From positions 17,174,001 to 17,238,000 of the forward strand of contig OZ281494.1 of NCBI GenBank assembly GCA_965637545.1: DNA of 64,000 bases. The letters run 5' to 3'. The stretch comes from Phallusia mammillata (lineage: Eukaryota). This document shows positions 33,430-48,400 of the stretch, piece after piece. The position numbers were made by a program, and so were the translations under genes. Each line of letters starts with the position of its first letter. Position 1 is the first letter of the stretch. The notes beneath the pieces were generated by a model. That model did no database searches. It saw only the letters and a list, made by a program, of their open reading frames with translations, and was not told the origin of the DNA.

Positions 33430-36393
33430 CAATTTGGGTTTGATGCTTCGTTAATCCGCGTATTTTTGCAGTATTTTGATATGAGTATGGAAGATAGAGA
33501 CTGACAATACTCTTGATTCGCTGTACGCTTTTGTAACACATTTTGGCAAGAACTGTTGCCCGACATGTTTTTAAAAATGGCACTTGTTTTGTCGCTTTTG
33601 GTCATACGATGTATTAAAACGCGCACGGTGGTAGAGAGTAATAGTAAAGCGGTCTTTATTTTCATCACCATACGTCCGTGGTTTAAAAACATGCCAAAAT
33701 CTAAGACAATAAATTGCAATTATTTAGATAACATTTTGGTGTGTACAGAAACAAGCGCATAGTTAAATTTAATATAGTTTTTGAAGTTTAGCGCTATTTA
33801 AACCATCACCGGTTTTTAACTTAATTTTACAACAAAATTACCAGTTTTGCTTTAACTCGTACAAATCAATCCATGAAAACAAATTTTCTCGCTTTGTCTA
33901 CTCTATTTATTTTTGTTGTTTTGGACCTTTTGCATATTTACGTGTTTTACGGTTGGTCTTTTGCTCTTGCGTTTTAGGTTTGGGAACCCAACATGCATTT
34001 CTTTTGTGCATTTTTTGGGGTCCTATACTTTGTTACACCGACAAACGAACAGCGATTGTCAACGCGTAAACAACCTTTGTGCTCTATGAACGGTCAGGCG
34101 GAACCTTATCGCGTTTGCCACCTGTTCTTCTGTTTTCTCGGGTCTCCATAGCATCCTGCGACGTATACCAGCAAATGGTGATTCAAAGGAGGCGATTTCC
34201 TTTGGCGAAAGGTGTTAGTGGCCCAAACACCCGCCTATCTAGCTGACGCCCAGACTAAGTTTATAACAGCAACTAACCACAAAAGCCACACCGAGCTACT
34301 TTCTCAGCGTTTGCTCTTTCGTTCAGTAGGGGTCGGCAACAGATGGAATTTTCGCAATGCGGATTATTGTTACTGGTCGTGTCGCGGTAACAGGAAGGAA
34401 TCCGTTTTCTGTTGCCGTATAAAATGCCCACGGTGTTGAGTGAGGGTTTTGACTCAAAACCCCATGTAATAACGGCTCTCTTGTTCGTTGGTGTAACGAA
34501 ATACGGCAGGTTTGTAACATCACTAATTTGCCGATAAAACGTTGCTAGGGAGACGACGGATTCAGCTATTGCTCGGTTGTCTTCAGTAAAAACGCGTTTT
34601 TGTTGCTCATGTTACGTTGATTCCACAATCATTTGCTATCACGTGTTACTGAGAAATGCTTTTGTAGTTATTCTTTTATTCTACTTTTTTCCGTTATTTT
34701 AACAGTTCAGTTTGAAGTGTGTACCTGCGTACGCTGTCAAGTGCAAAAACTGTGTTTGGTAATGTAGGACAAGTTTTGTACAAATCAAAGGTTTATTTTG
34801 TCAATAAAATTAAATGCAAATTGTTTCCTTTTGGTTCCATGGGCACCAGAAATATGCCTTCATTTTCCACGTATGGGCTATACTACAATTCGACTAAGGG
34901 ATGTGGTGGCGCACAAAGGTATTGGTCCGGGGCGCCATATTCTTATTTTTTTGATCGGGACGTAAAGCAACGTTATGCGACATCAATTGCTTGTGTTGCA
35001 GCCGTTGTGCAGAATAAGCGTCCCTGGTATATGTTCAACGTAAATTCCCAGTTGGGCTAGATTTTGATACTCTCCCTAGCAACAACAGTTGTTTTCATCC
35101 AAGCCTTTCGATGGCCCCAGAAACGTTGAAGATTTTTCAATCAATTATCGCGCAAATCATCTTTTGTCCCAACCCCCTTTCCTCCTTCAAAATACTTCCA
35201 CCAGGCTCGAGTTTCCCACTGACGCATCGCCTTGTTTCAGCGCAGATTCGCAGCCCATTGTCCGGCCCAGTGCTGGGTAACAAACATAACAGTATCGGGT
35301 TGTGGCCTGCTCCGGCGGTGAAATGTTATCGGATAAAAATTCCTGTTTTTGTCCGCGCTTCTTTGTGCCTCATCTGTCGACTGAGGAGTTCTTCCAAAAC
35401 GGTTCAGTCGCCATCACTTATTAGTCGGCAGCACAATGCCGGGGTGCACAATAGGTTGTTGGTAATCAGATCCTCTCATGTGATCACTGACACCACAGCT
35501 CCAATCGGAACTGTCGCCGATCCACGATACAGGCCAACTGACGCGTTGCTCAACTGATTATCACAAGCCTAACCGGCGGTAAACAAAAATCCTATTGAAT
35601 TGGCCTCACTAACGCCTCATGTGCCTTGGTTTCATTGGTCTAATGCTGTTGTTGGTTGCTAGCATAGAAAAAACTCGACCGGTAATTTATATCGTACAGC
35701 TAATTGTGCTGTGGAGTGGACGCCGAAATCGACGCTCCTCTGTCTTTTGTGAATGGGCAGCAAATATTGAAACAACACCAATTATGTCTTTGTGCAGTGA
35801 CGTAAGATCGCCGGGTCAAATTTCCTGTTTTACTTTCCCAGAGAAATGTTATATCGTGTTCAACAGCTTTACGTTTGTTCTCTGGGCTTTTCAGAAAAGT
35901 CAGTTAAGGTTTGCCACATCCACGAAAAGGTTTTCTCAAATCCTCGCACGTGTGTCACAAAAAACTCAGGAATTTCCCCCTCTATTTGGCAAAAGTGAAA
36001 TTTTTGCGACTATTTTAATGGAATCGGTACTTTTCCGTGGACAAAATGGCGAGGCTCATGTTTAGTTTATACAGGCTGATAATGTGCAAATAAATCCGTT
36101 AATATTTCGTAATGCCATTGACGTCAACCTTGTACCTTTTTGTGTCATTTACATTTTAAAATGGCACACCAAACCAGTTTTTGAGTATTATTTGGTTAAA
36201 ATCTTGTCCACAGCTCGAACACTTTTCAAGACTTTATCTTAACCATTTTTTGACTGTACAATACCATATCCCAGTGGATGTTAAATGTTTCCCAGATTAC
36301 TTTTTAGACATTCAATAGATTACCTTTTTCAAAAAAATGTTTATTGGTGTTGGTGCTGTTTCTCAAGTTAATCGTTTGTTTGCTTGCACTATG

Positions 36394-36416
36394 TATATAT
36401 ATATATATATATATAT
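36394..36416. repeat. (TA)n microsatellite
   Basis: TATATATATATATATATATATAT read directly. Confidence 0.95.
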
Positions 36417-39400
36417 CACAATCAACACTTATAATATCTCCGTTAAAAGATTGTTGTTTTAAAGAATTGTTTCATTGCTGAGAACGCATTTGAGGCGGGT
36501 TGAAATATGCACAGTTATCTCAACAAAGCAGCGGCGGCATGCAAGCCTTGAAAGCTGTCCCGACCTTTTGCAAGTCCCGTATTAAGTGAACCCTTACCAA
36601 GCCGTTACCGACACTTGCATATCCGCATTGGGTAACACAACAGTAGAAGGTCTGAGTCGGGCTAATCGAGGCAGGTATTTCGCACATTTTGGCTTCAGGT
36701 TTGTTATCGTTAGGCGGCAACTGAGGCCGAGTTTAAACATTGCCCGTGGTTTATCTCTTTCGAGCAGGATTGATCTCATCCAGCGGGGCCTTTTTTGTGT
36801 TTTTTCTGTCATCGGTTGCCCGGTGTTTTGGCAGGTTGACTCCGTGCTAATCGCATTTGCCGCTTTTTTGTCCATTGACGGCAACGAAAGGAGGACAGGC
36901 TGTGTGCTGTTCTGTTCACACGTGATCGGCCCCTTTGCCAAAAAAACGGTGCCATTTGAAAATTGTGCATTGCCAAAGCGTTTTCCCGTTTTAACAAAGA
37001 TTTTTACAAAAAATATCACGTTTTGAAAGGATAATTAGTTGCTTAATATAACTTAATTTGAATTACTGTGTTTGAAACTGGTGACATCAGAATATTTTTA
37101 TGTTGGTATTAATGTAATTATAAGATTAATAAAGGCAACTGGAAAATATAACGCTCAGGGCCTGTCATTTGTTTGTACTGCGTTGTGTTCCTTCGAAACC
37201 AGTTTCACTCATTTAAATCTTTCAGAAGTAACTTTTGTGCAAACGACTGTTAACATAGTACCCTTATTTCAACACTGTTGCGGATTTGTATAGATTGCAT
37301 AGAATCGTCACCCTACAAAACATACTCCTTGTGACCAATGACGTGTCTGGGTCTTCGTTCCTTCCCAACTATTTTGTCTTGTGATGTCCGCAAAAAATTT
37401 TCCTCATTCAGTTTTACTACGAAATCGCACCCGAAGCTTTCGGTCAGGCACACGTCACTGACCGATTAAATTACCTTTTATTGTTCACCGATGCAGGCAT
37501 AGTTTGGAAAGGACCTTGCGGTGCGCGATTTCTATCAAACAGAGAGTCGGGCGCATGTGAATTGAGGGACCGGGGCAGCGGTCGTGCCGGGTTGTTGAAC
37601 GGGAATGGTCGGTGCGCGGGTAGCCACTGATGCGACCGGGAACTGGCGCGAAAGTTAAACCCAATCTGCACCTGGTGTTGCCGTTTCCCACGCCCGCGCG
37701 ACTCGCTGAAACCGAAGATGTGCTTAGACGCGACTTTTCTTGCAAATACCTGGACCCACCGGGAAAGACTTCTGGCCCTCGGTGATTTGGAATAGGCGCC
37801 GTGCTGTTTGTTTATGGACAATTAGTGCGCATTCTTCGATCCGTGGATAGCAAAATTGTTTGGTGACAATCAGTTGGGCGACTGTTGAGATTTCGGCTAA
37901 ACCACACCCGGAACTGTAGGAAAATTTCAAATCTATTTTTTCACTGTTAATCATAACACGACCTTTTTCAAATAAAGGAGAAAATATATATTGTCGCTCC
38001 TTCAACATTGGCAGTTATTCAAACATACAAGATAGTTTGTTTGTTAGTTTCATTTTCGAGTATGCCCACGTGTTTTATGGTCATTTGTGAAATTTGTTGC
38101 ATTATAAGCTTAATTATGTGAGCAGTTGCCCGCTGTTTTGCTTCGAAGTACTTGTGAAAAAAATATTGAGCAATTCACTAAAAAAAACAAATTTGGAAGC
38201 TTGAACTGTATTGGTTTAACGTCCCGGTTCGAGTGCCTTTAATTCAGCAGATTATGAATTTTCCAGTGTGTCGCCCCACTTTGACCCTCGTGTTTTCACT
38301 ACGTAACCCCTATCCGCCTGGGCAGGCAGCACTATTATCACCACAAATACTAACGTTAACGGCACCTCCATTGTGGTGTCGTAGAAATTTAAAAAACACG
38401 AACCCACTGATCGCTATTCCAGCCCTTCTTGCTGCGGAGTTGTTGTGCGATGCAAAGCTTAAAACGGCCCATCTCTTCGACTGTCATCCACATGAAACAT
38501 CAGGTGCTTTTTAAACTGTGCAATGTGCCCAGAGGTCAGTTTACACATGGGATTGGTGTTGATTGTCTTGTTTGCGGTGCGAGCTAAGTTGGGCAAGTCC
38601 ATTATCGTCCACCGCTGTCAAGCGTTTGCCTGGCTGAAAACAAGTTTTACAAGTGGTACATTTTTAATGTATCCTCGATATTTGTTCAAAGTTTATTGAC
38701 AAGGAGGAACAAAATACATGCTCGCTTGTTGGCTTAAAAAATGGAAATTAAAATCTGGCCAACAGAATGTAATTAAAATCTTTCAAACGTCGTATCTTTA
38801 GACACGGTAAAATTAAGGTGTATTACGTCATAACGTATGTCTGCATTCAAGTCTGGCACATGGAAAAATAGATTGCTATCCTATGTTTCTCTTTTATTAC
38901 CAGTCTGCATTTAGCGGCCTGGCGTTGCAACTTAAAGTGTTTGTTTCCGATAAAAGCAGACTGCCCGTGACGCCAAGCTCTTACGTATTTATGGATTTCT
39001 TGTTGTGAGTTGTCAGTCACGCGGCTTTGGGATCAATTACTCGATCCATCCATGCGTTTGGGAAAATCCTTGAGCGCTTTACAGTTGATACGTTGATTTG
39101 TTATCTACTCCAAGTGCGGTTTTATCACACTTGAAAACTAAGGAAAGCAAAAGCCTGTGTTTCGATCTGTACGACGTACAATATGTGACCGTGGAGTTTG
39201 CAACATAATGTGATTAGATAAAAAACAGTTTTGTTGTAAGAAATATGTGAGTAAATTTGTCTACAAAATCATGTCGATATTAATTCAAATCCATCTTAAA
39301 ACTTAACATTTTACACCACAAATAAAGCGTTAAAAGTTTTTGCAGAAATTTGTGCGCCTACGTAATGACACTCGAATATCAGATACTAACTTTTTGTGTA

Positions 39401-42400
39401 ATATGCAATGCACCAAACCGTTTTAGTGGGCGCAAACTCTGTATTGTTATGTAAAATTATTGTTATTTAAAGCAAACTATTTTAAGAAAAATGTCAGGAG
39501 TGAAAAATGTTCACAAATTATACCTATTCCCTTCCTTTTTTCTGGATTTACTGACCTATTACCTTTGCAGTGGATTTAAAAAATGAATTATAAACATTCC
39601 GCACAACCATCACAGCAATGTTGCGGCCGACAACCTGTGTCTACACATGCCATGATTGGGGGTAATGGTTCAAAATTGAATACCACACAGCTCATCGCAG
39701 CGGATTTTTAACGCAATTAGACCGTTATCCCACTGTTCTACAGGCGTGTTAGGGTTTTTATCGCCGCCTAAACGATGTTTGCACAACTCGGGCGCTGGCA
39801 AAACCCACCAACACCGACTGGCATTGGGCAAAGAGCGGGATTAAAACGCCTATATCGGGGCACTATAGATCGGTGTGCTTTTGGCAAGATGATATAATTT
39901 GTGTCGGTCCGACGGCGAACTACAGTTTTATTAGGCTTAGGTATGGCGATAATTTTGCCCATTATTTCCGCTATGGGCCTCGTTTCACGCAAGCGGACGT
40001 GCGGTCGCTATTTGTCAGTTAAACTAAATAACGTCGTGGTGAAAAAGAAGGTCCTCCAAGCCTCACAGTAAATACACCGAAAGAGCATGAACCTGAATAT
40101 TATCCTTCTTCATTGTTTTAAATTGTTTCATTGCGTTTCTCAAATGCATACCTTCGGGCAAAGCAAAAATAAATATAGAATATCCAAATATCACCCCACA
40201 CTTATTTCTGCTTAAAGCATTCCCAAACAACCTTTTGCGGTATTCTAAGCACGTATATAGTCGAAGATCCAAGAAACCATCGACTGCAAATCAGCTTAGT
40301 GACAAACGTATTGCTTTTTCGTTCGTGCGTATCAAAGAAAGCAGAAAGCAGTTACACGAGTGGAGGTTCAACGAAATTGCTGGCCGCAGGTACAAAAAAG
40401 TGAACGCTTATAGTTTATATGTGTTAAAAAACATAGTATGTTGTGATATCAGTATACAAAGCGTACACACTGAACAACGCAATACAAGTTTTTGCAGGTA
40501 ATGGACATATAATACACAAACAAAGTTATTTTCACAGAAAAATCTTATTTGTCATCATCTCTGACGTACAAACTTACCCGGGTGCAATAAATAAACTAAT
40601 TTCCCAGTAAAAAGTTCCTAAATTTAAATCGTGTTTCAAAGGATTTTCTGTAGCCTATATTACGTCATATAGTGATGCTTTTATTCCCAAGTGCAAGTGA
40701 TACCCTTGATATTCGCAATTGCCACAAAGGCGGAAGAGTGATCTTTCTAATACTCGGAATTACCGGCGTGCGGGGCTTTGAAACGGTAGCCTCGCTGACA
40801 GTTACTACAGTGTAAGTGGTGGCAATCAGAGCTCCGGCCTTGTATTTTTAATGTGGCTAGTGCAATTTTCATATAATATAGCGGGAGCTCACAACTCTCC
40901 AACGCGTCACCTTATACGCCCTGGGACAAAGATAGCGCCCCGCCCTCGCGCGCGTTTGAAATCCGAACTTTTATGGGTTTAGCGTCTTAGTCGACTCGGA
41001 ACTATTGCGTGGCACCGACGCAGCCTAATCGAGGTAATTGTACGCCCTTAAGCGAAACCTGGAAAACTGGCCCGGGATCGTACATGGAAACTGTCACAGG
41101 CTCTTAGGTGACCTTCCTAATCACAAATTCGCCCTTGAACGCTTTGGTTCGCCAAAGATGAAGCAAATTACCTCCGACTGCTTCAGCTTCAACTTAAGTC
41201 TTAACAGGTGACGTGGGTCATCTTGCAATGGGGCTGACGCATGCGCTTGCCGAATAGGATTTGATAAATTCAGGAGTGCTACTGTGAAAAAGACCACACC
41301 TCGTGAAAGGTTGTGGCCCTTTGCCCGGTACCATGACATTAAAATTCTTTATTTTCTAGCCCTTTGTTGTCGTGTATTTTCGATGGAAACTATTTTTATT
41401 GAAGCCCCATGTGCGAATTTTTTTAGTAACAGCTGAAAAGTAGTTGTCAAATTCTAAGCTAAATGCGATTTATCAACACATTATAAAAAACGTTTAAATA
41501 CATAATTTAGTTTCAATTTATTCTATTTTTTTATTAAATGCTCAAAAGGAATCACTTTGGATGTGACTTTTTGCCTATTCACTTACATACAAAGGTTAAC
41601 CAATACAATTGCGTTTAGTGTTATTTCGGAATTCTGGGTTGTTATCACGTTAATTTAACTCTTCGACATTTTTCATGTCACACTCAACAAAAACGAAGAC
41701 CACACACATGGTGCCATATGAAGCAATGTTTTGAAAATGACACATTATGTATTATTCACCGTTCATTATGTGTATGTATAAGAAGACATTTGTCGCTGGA
41801 CAATTTTAAACGACATAGTTACTGGCGCCACCAATCTTTAACTTTTGGAAATTAATACGTCATTTTTTTTAAAAGACATACCGCCGTCAAGAAAATGTTA
41901 CCATTTTTTCTTTGATTGAAGGAGAAGTGATGTCCAAAAAACATTTTTTTCAAGTAATTACTTCCGAAAACAAGTTTAGCAAAATATTTGTAAAATTTCT
42001 TAGTTTTCTGAACGATTTGTTTTAATAGCAACATTCTGCTGTAACTGCATTGTACGTGTTTTTGTCTGATCTATAAAGATAAAGTCCTGTACAACTTTGC
42101 CACACATATTTATTAAAACAAACAAAAATATTTTGCTCTTTAAAATTACAGCGTGGTAATCAATTAAGCTAGAAGCTTTAGGAATATTTCTGTAAGAAAA
42201 AGAATTGTTTTCGATTTCGCTTTTTATCCAGATAGGTTGCTTCAATATTACAATAGCCCACGAAACAAATAACAAAAGTTTTGAACGAATCCTAGCATAA
42301 ATCGTTTTTGTAAAAACATGTAGTTACTTGGTTTAACTTCTCGAAAAGGTTGGTTGGTTTCAGATTTGAGGTTCGGTTTGGGTCATTTCGTCTGTGCCAA

Positions 42401-45400
42401 CACGTTATTTCACGGTTACATTTCGTTATCCTCATACCGGTGAACCAAAAGAACGAAATTGAATATCCTGGAATGTTAATGTTGTTATGATTTTATGTTT
42501 TGCTTTACTCAAGTATAGACCAAAAAACTTCTTATTCAAATCAATTTGATAATTATGTTTCCACCCAACAAGACTTTTATTGTAATTTGCAAAAAGAATT
42601 CCAATGTATGATTCGGTCATAATCTAAACTCCACTTTCCAAGCAATTTTACTTGTCTTTAACATCGAAATAATTAGTGGTTTACTTATTGAACCATTGTT
42701 ACTTTTTACTTGCAAAAAAATGTGGGTTAAATTTTAGCGATTTCGTGCCAGTCCATTCGGTACATCTAGGTTAATTATTATCAGTGATCGGTTAAAAATA
42801 CCAAAGATTCAAATTCCACATTTGCTCCTTGTCTTTCCCATCGACGTGTTTAATTACTGAACTCGTGCAAGTTCTCAACGCACTTGCTTTGTACTGTCAA
42901 AATGTGACAAGCAAAGTCGAGTCAGGCACCCGATTGCGTCATTCCCTGGCTCCGCGGGCTGACGTGTCGTTCTCGGGTCAGTGAAATCGGTGCATGGGAG
43001 CATGGAGCTTGTCTGCGGGGCCGGCTTTCTAGAGCCAACCGTGCCGGGTATGGATCATTGTAAGGGCGCGGCAGTTTTTAGTTTCTTCCTGTGCAAGGAG
43101 ACTGTAATTCATGCGTGCGAACGACAATGTCAGCGTAAACACAGAGTTAAACCGTTGTCTGTTTAACTTGCCAACTATACCGCCTTTGAACTTACCTTTT
43201 CCGGTGATGCTGCCGTGGTCGTACTGTATGTCTTGTGTGGTATTTGTTTTGTAAACAAGTGCAACTAAAATTTTACCACTTGGCAGTTCATTTGTGGCAA
43301 TTAAAGCGATTTAGTTTTAATATCGTATTTCCCCGACCAAGCGCCAACGCCTGTTTTGCAAACTTTCAATGGAAACGTTGTTAAATTTCCCAAATGAAAG
43401 GAAGCAAAATATATACTGAAAGCAACCAGTGATTTCAAAATAAAATGGCGCAGTTCATCTTGTGACTGTAGAGAAACTTTATAATGGGTGCAAATATATT
43501 TGAGTCGTAAATCCACACACTTACGAAACATTTAAGCCTTCAATCATATCTGTTGTAAAAATATTTCGTAAATTTCCAGAGTCTAGTTTACAAGTCTGCT
43601 TTGGAAACAGAAACTTATTTTAGAAACGAATAACCACGTTTCTTATTTCAAACGAGTCCAGTCGTGCGATTCTAGCCAAAATGTCAGTTATTTTCATTTC
43701 CCGTGTCAGACAGCGGTTTATGGTCGAAGAATTCCGTTCAAGTCGTTGAAGAATCGAAGATGATTCGCTTCCGCTGCCGGTCTACGCATGCTTTCTCACG
43801 CTCCCGGCACGGCTAATTAAGATTCGTCCCTGCTTATCTGCACCTCGGCCCTCCACCAAAATGCGCAACACTTTAATCCTATCCTGCGGTTCAACCTGTC
43901 CGACTAATGAAGAACAATTTGATTTTTTAACCACAGGCGCCATAAGTTTAACTTTAGCGGATTTGTTCGAGTCCATGTCTTCATTTCAAGCAAGTCTTGA
44001 CGTGGGGTGCTCAAGAATCCGTGTAAATTGTTTCAAACTGTTTTGTGCCAAACTGACCATCGGAAATAGGGGTCAAGACGCCGCGAACACCCTCAGTCTC
44101 AGTTGGCACAGCTTTGTCGACATTATCTCGCGAAAATGTTGATGGATTGTGATTTTTGTTACATAATGTTACATTTTAAATGGGTTAATTTTTTTCCTAA
44201 ATTTTCAAAAGAGGTTTATTTATAATTTATACAGTATGATCAAAGTATTAAAGATGTTTTATGTTTGCACTGGTAATGTTTCTGCTCATAACCTAAAACA
44301 CAAAATTTATTTGCAAAATTAAAAGCAACCTTATTTATATTAATTTGAATTAAACACAGAATTGACAAAAATTAGTACCTTTGTTCCGAAACCATGCATT
44401 GGTAAATGCCATTCGCAAAGAAACTCTTGCATTATCCGCAAATTGCCATGAGATGGAGTATTTCCGCCGGAGTCGTCAACATTTGTACACATGCATAGGA
44501 AGCAATGGATCAAAGCGTTGAGACGATATTTTGACCAGCAACCAAAACAAACTAATGTGCATCGGTCCTTAGTTCCTTGATGATCGCCGTGAGCGCGTGC
44601 TGCTTTGTTCTCCATTGTTTCGTCATAACAAGTCAATCATGAATCACAAAAGCGCCGCATGGCCAGGTGCTAATTAGCGACAATCGGTTTGTTTTCGTTA
44701 GTCACGTAATTGACGTGACGTAAACAAAGTAGCGACTTGCAGTTTTAGCAGCATGCTTTTATCTAGCACTGGTGCAACTACGTTAGTTTCCAAAGCGAAG
44801 ATTACATTTTTCTATTCGTTGGCCTGTTTTAATAAATAGTTATTGGCAAATAAATATTTTACTCTGCAGAAATTAATATTTTGAAGCAGTATTTTGTCGT
44901 AATTGTTTTTTTTTTCTGAATGTTGTTTAACAAAAACATTATATTGTTACAATTTTAAACGTTCAAAAAAGATTTCTTTTCCAAATGACGGACAGCTTAA
45001 TGCGGCAATAAACCGACGCAAATTCTACATGACGGTGGACGAAAATTATCTTCGCCATTTTCCGGCCGTTACAAAATAATTCGACAACATAATGACAGTG
45101 GAGATGGCCATTACTTGCTTTTCTATAGCGCGGCGGCCGCCGGCATACTCTGCGAGCGAATTATAAACCGCGAATCACTCATGAAATCATAATCGTGCCT
45201 TGCGACGTTCCGATTTTTATATCACCGTATGGTTAAATGCAAAATCGTAGAAAGGAACTGTATTTTTGTAGCACCGCAAACCTTTATGCTGGGTCGCTTG
45301 AGGCCTGTGGAAAAATACCACATTCGAATTTTAATTTTTGCCGCACCCGTGCTCGATCTTAGATAGCGAGTTGATACCTTTGCGTTCACATGTAATTTCG

Positions 45401-48400
45401 TGTCGCAGCCTGTGAATTACAAGAGCATATATCCGATGGCGCTGCCCCGCTTGCCTGTGCACCGCTGCAGCGAATTACCGTTGATGGATGATACGATAAG
45501 GTGGCCCCAACATGCGAAGCACAAGATTGTGATCAACAGCAGGGAGATTTGATCGATTTCGCTTTTACGCGCCAGCCAGTGTGTATCTCTGTGCCCTAAT
45601 GACGATGTTAACTTTAACGTTTCAATGCGATTTCTACTCCAATCCCTTATTAAAGTTCACTAAATCTCGTAGCGATCGATGTTAACCAATTCCGTTTATT
45701 GGCGTGTGTGTGTTCCTTTACGACCGGTAAACTTTATTTGTCGCTCCAATCATTTGCCATTACAAGCAATTTTAAGCTAGCAGTCAACATTCAATCGCCC
45801 TAAGGGCAGTCGTCGCTTATCAGCTTGCTCTTTGCGATTCGTGATCCGTTTGCCGAGCAAGCCCCGAATTACCTAAGTTCGACCGATGTCCCGTAGCAGA
45901 CTTGGAATTCTGGATTGTGGCCAGTATTGAGACTAGGATCATCTGCTGTTAGAAATTGCCGATTGCGACGATAAGACCGTGTGTCCCCGTCTGCCTGTCA
46001 CGTCGCATCCCAGCGTCCGAGAGTCATCTCCTCGTCAACTTGTTTTCGATCTGGCGACGTTTTTGTGGTTTTTGACGAGAAAGATTGACGTTGGCGTGAC
46101 GTGAATGCTATTTGTCACTTGAGGTATCAACAAACTTATACGGTGCGCGAGTGTTACTAATGACGCAATCAGTATCGCCATTTTGTTTGCAGGATATTTG
46201 AAAATCAGACTAAAGTGCGTTGCTGCAGCTTAAGGTTTATTTAAAATGACATTGCAAATCTATTGCGAACGAAATGTAGAAATTTCGAATTTCAGCTACT
46301 CATTTTGACTGTAGGCATATTTACATGGTTTATCACGAGCACTAAAACTTACCAACCAATACAGAGAAATTATACAGAAAGATGTGCAATACAACGTTCT
46401 ACGAAAACAGAATCGGACTTACGCAAAAAAGTGACGTTACTTGTTGCACATTCAACTATGCGTATCGTCTGTTTCCTTGCAGTTCAAACGTAAACATGGT
46501 AACATTGTCAGGCTCATGTGAACATCCGCGTTTTGTCACCGACCGGTAGCAACGTGTGAACAAAAACTAAACCAACTCTGCCGGGGCGACCCTCACACCA
46601 CTTCACATTTCTTCTCCCATGACGTCTCCATTGCATCGAAGACAAGAAAGTCTTGTGTCACATCAAACGTTGTAAGCGACAACAGGGATCTGATCGTTCA
46701 TTGATCACAGTGGGGAGTAGAGTGTCCGAAACCGGCTACATGTGATCTGATTGGTTTCATGTGAACGTGAAATATTCTGACAATGTCCGCAAGAGGCGTG
46801 CTCTCCTGTAATCGAGGCTTTGCAATTCTCGTGCTTGACGTCATAAGGGGTTTCAGATATTGTTTTCGGGTCGAACACGCCCCCGGCCTGTAATTAAAAT
46901 TCATCTACAGTTGCTTGAAAACCGAGCCTGGGCGTTGGCCAGCCAACGTGCAGCGAAACCCCAAATGAAAGTGAATAACAATCGTGTCTTTGTGACAAAC
47001 CTCTTACGTCATTCCTTTCCTCGGTGGCCTGCAAAGCACAGTAAAAGCTTGTATCGTAGTAGCATAAACTGAGGCCTATTGTAACAAACTCTGGTGAAAA
47101 AATAAATAGTTATATCCGTAAATTTGAACAAGTATTTCCTATCCGGTTGTGACCTAAAATTCCTAAAATTGTGTTCGAATTCTTATGTTTGGCATTGATC
47201 GACATTCTTAAAGGCAGATATATACCAGTTTTAATGAAAGTAATGATTATGACATATGTCAGTACTAATAGAGAAGAAGTCAGATGACAAATAGAGAAGG
47301 GCAGTTTATTTAATTTCTTTGCATAGAACTATTAAGTTACAAAAACAAACGTTTGTTTGGACGTTCTATACAGTCTGTTTCAAATATCCTGTGAGGAAAT
47401 CTTGCAAATATAAAATGTTTTGCGTTAGTGCTGAACAGTTTTCTTTGTGATTTTACTGTTTTATTGTCACTGACCTCTTTCTGTTGCCAAATGTGACACC
47501 TTACACACATTGTATCAACTTGCACGTGTTGTGGCAAGCCCCTGTTTCCGAATAGTTCCGCAACGAAATCACATGAGACAGGATACAAGTACTTCCATCT
47601 ATTGTCACCTCTCGCTGTTCAACAATACACCTACGACACGTCACGCTCCGAATTAAGCGAAATGTAGCATTCTCCCCAGCGTTTTGTTCTCTGATGTCAT
47701 CGGTTTTTGCGAATTTCTTTTTGACAAGCGACGAATTGGTAAATATGTTCGGGGTAATATCACGCGACCCCGATGTGGGGAATTTCAACACGACACCCCA
47801 GATTCGTCACTGGCAGAATCATTGAGATTTTCAAGAATGCAAAAGTCCTGGGTTTGTAAAGGCATTGTCTCCTATAGCGTCACACACATGGCTAAGGTGG
47901 CCTAAAAACATATTTATTGGAAACAGAATTGTATCTTAAACTGATCTGCAATCGCAACTGAATCTCCACACAAGCATTTTAGGAAAATAAATGTCGTGTT
48001 TCATAAATGTACATTGCAGAAAGCGAATTTCGAGCCACAAAGTCAAACATGTCTGTAAGCTGATAGTCTTTCACAGCTTTTTTTATAAGCACCAACAGTT
48101 TATTAAGCAAAACAATTGGCTTTACTTTCTTTCACAGAAAATCGCTGTTTAAAAAAACACATTATATTTAGTTTTTACTTATGTCAAGTTATTGTTTAAA
48201 ACAAACTTACCACATTTAACCAATAAATTACGCTCTAAAGTCTAAATTATAGAAAATTTTCTTTTTTTTATTCATTCCAACCTGTGACGTCACCGCATGT
48301 GATGTCACAGATCGGAAATGTGTCAATCGTTATTTGGTTTGAGTTCGACCGATCGCGGTCAGCGTAGGCGACAAATTGGTTGAGATTTGTTAAAATTGCC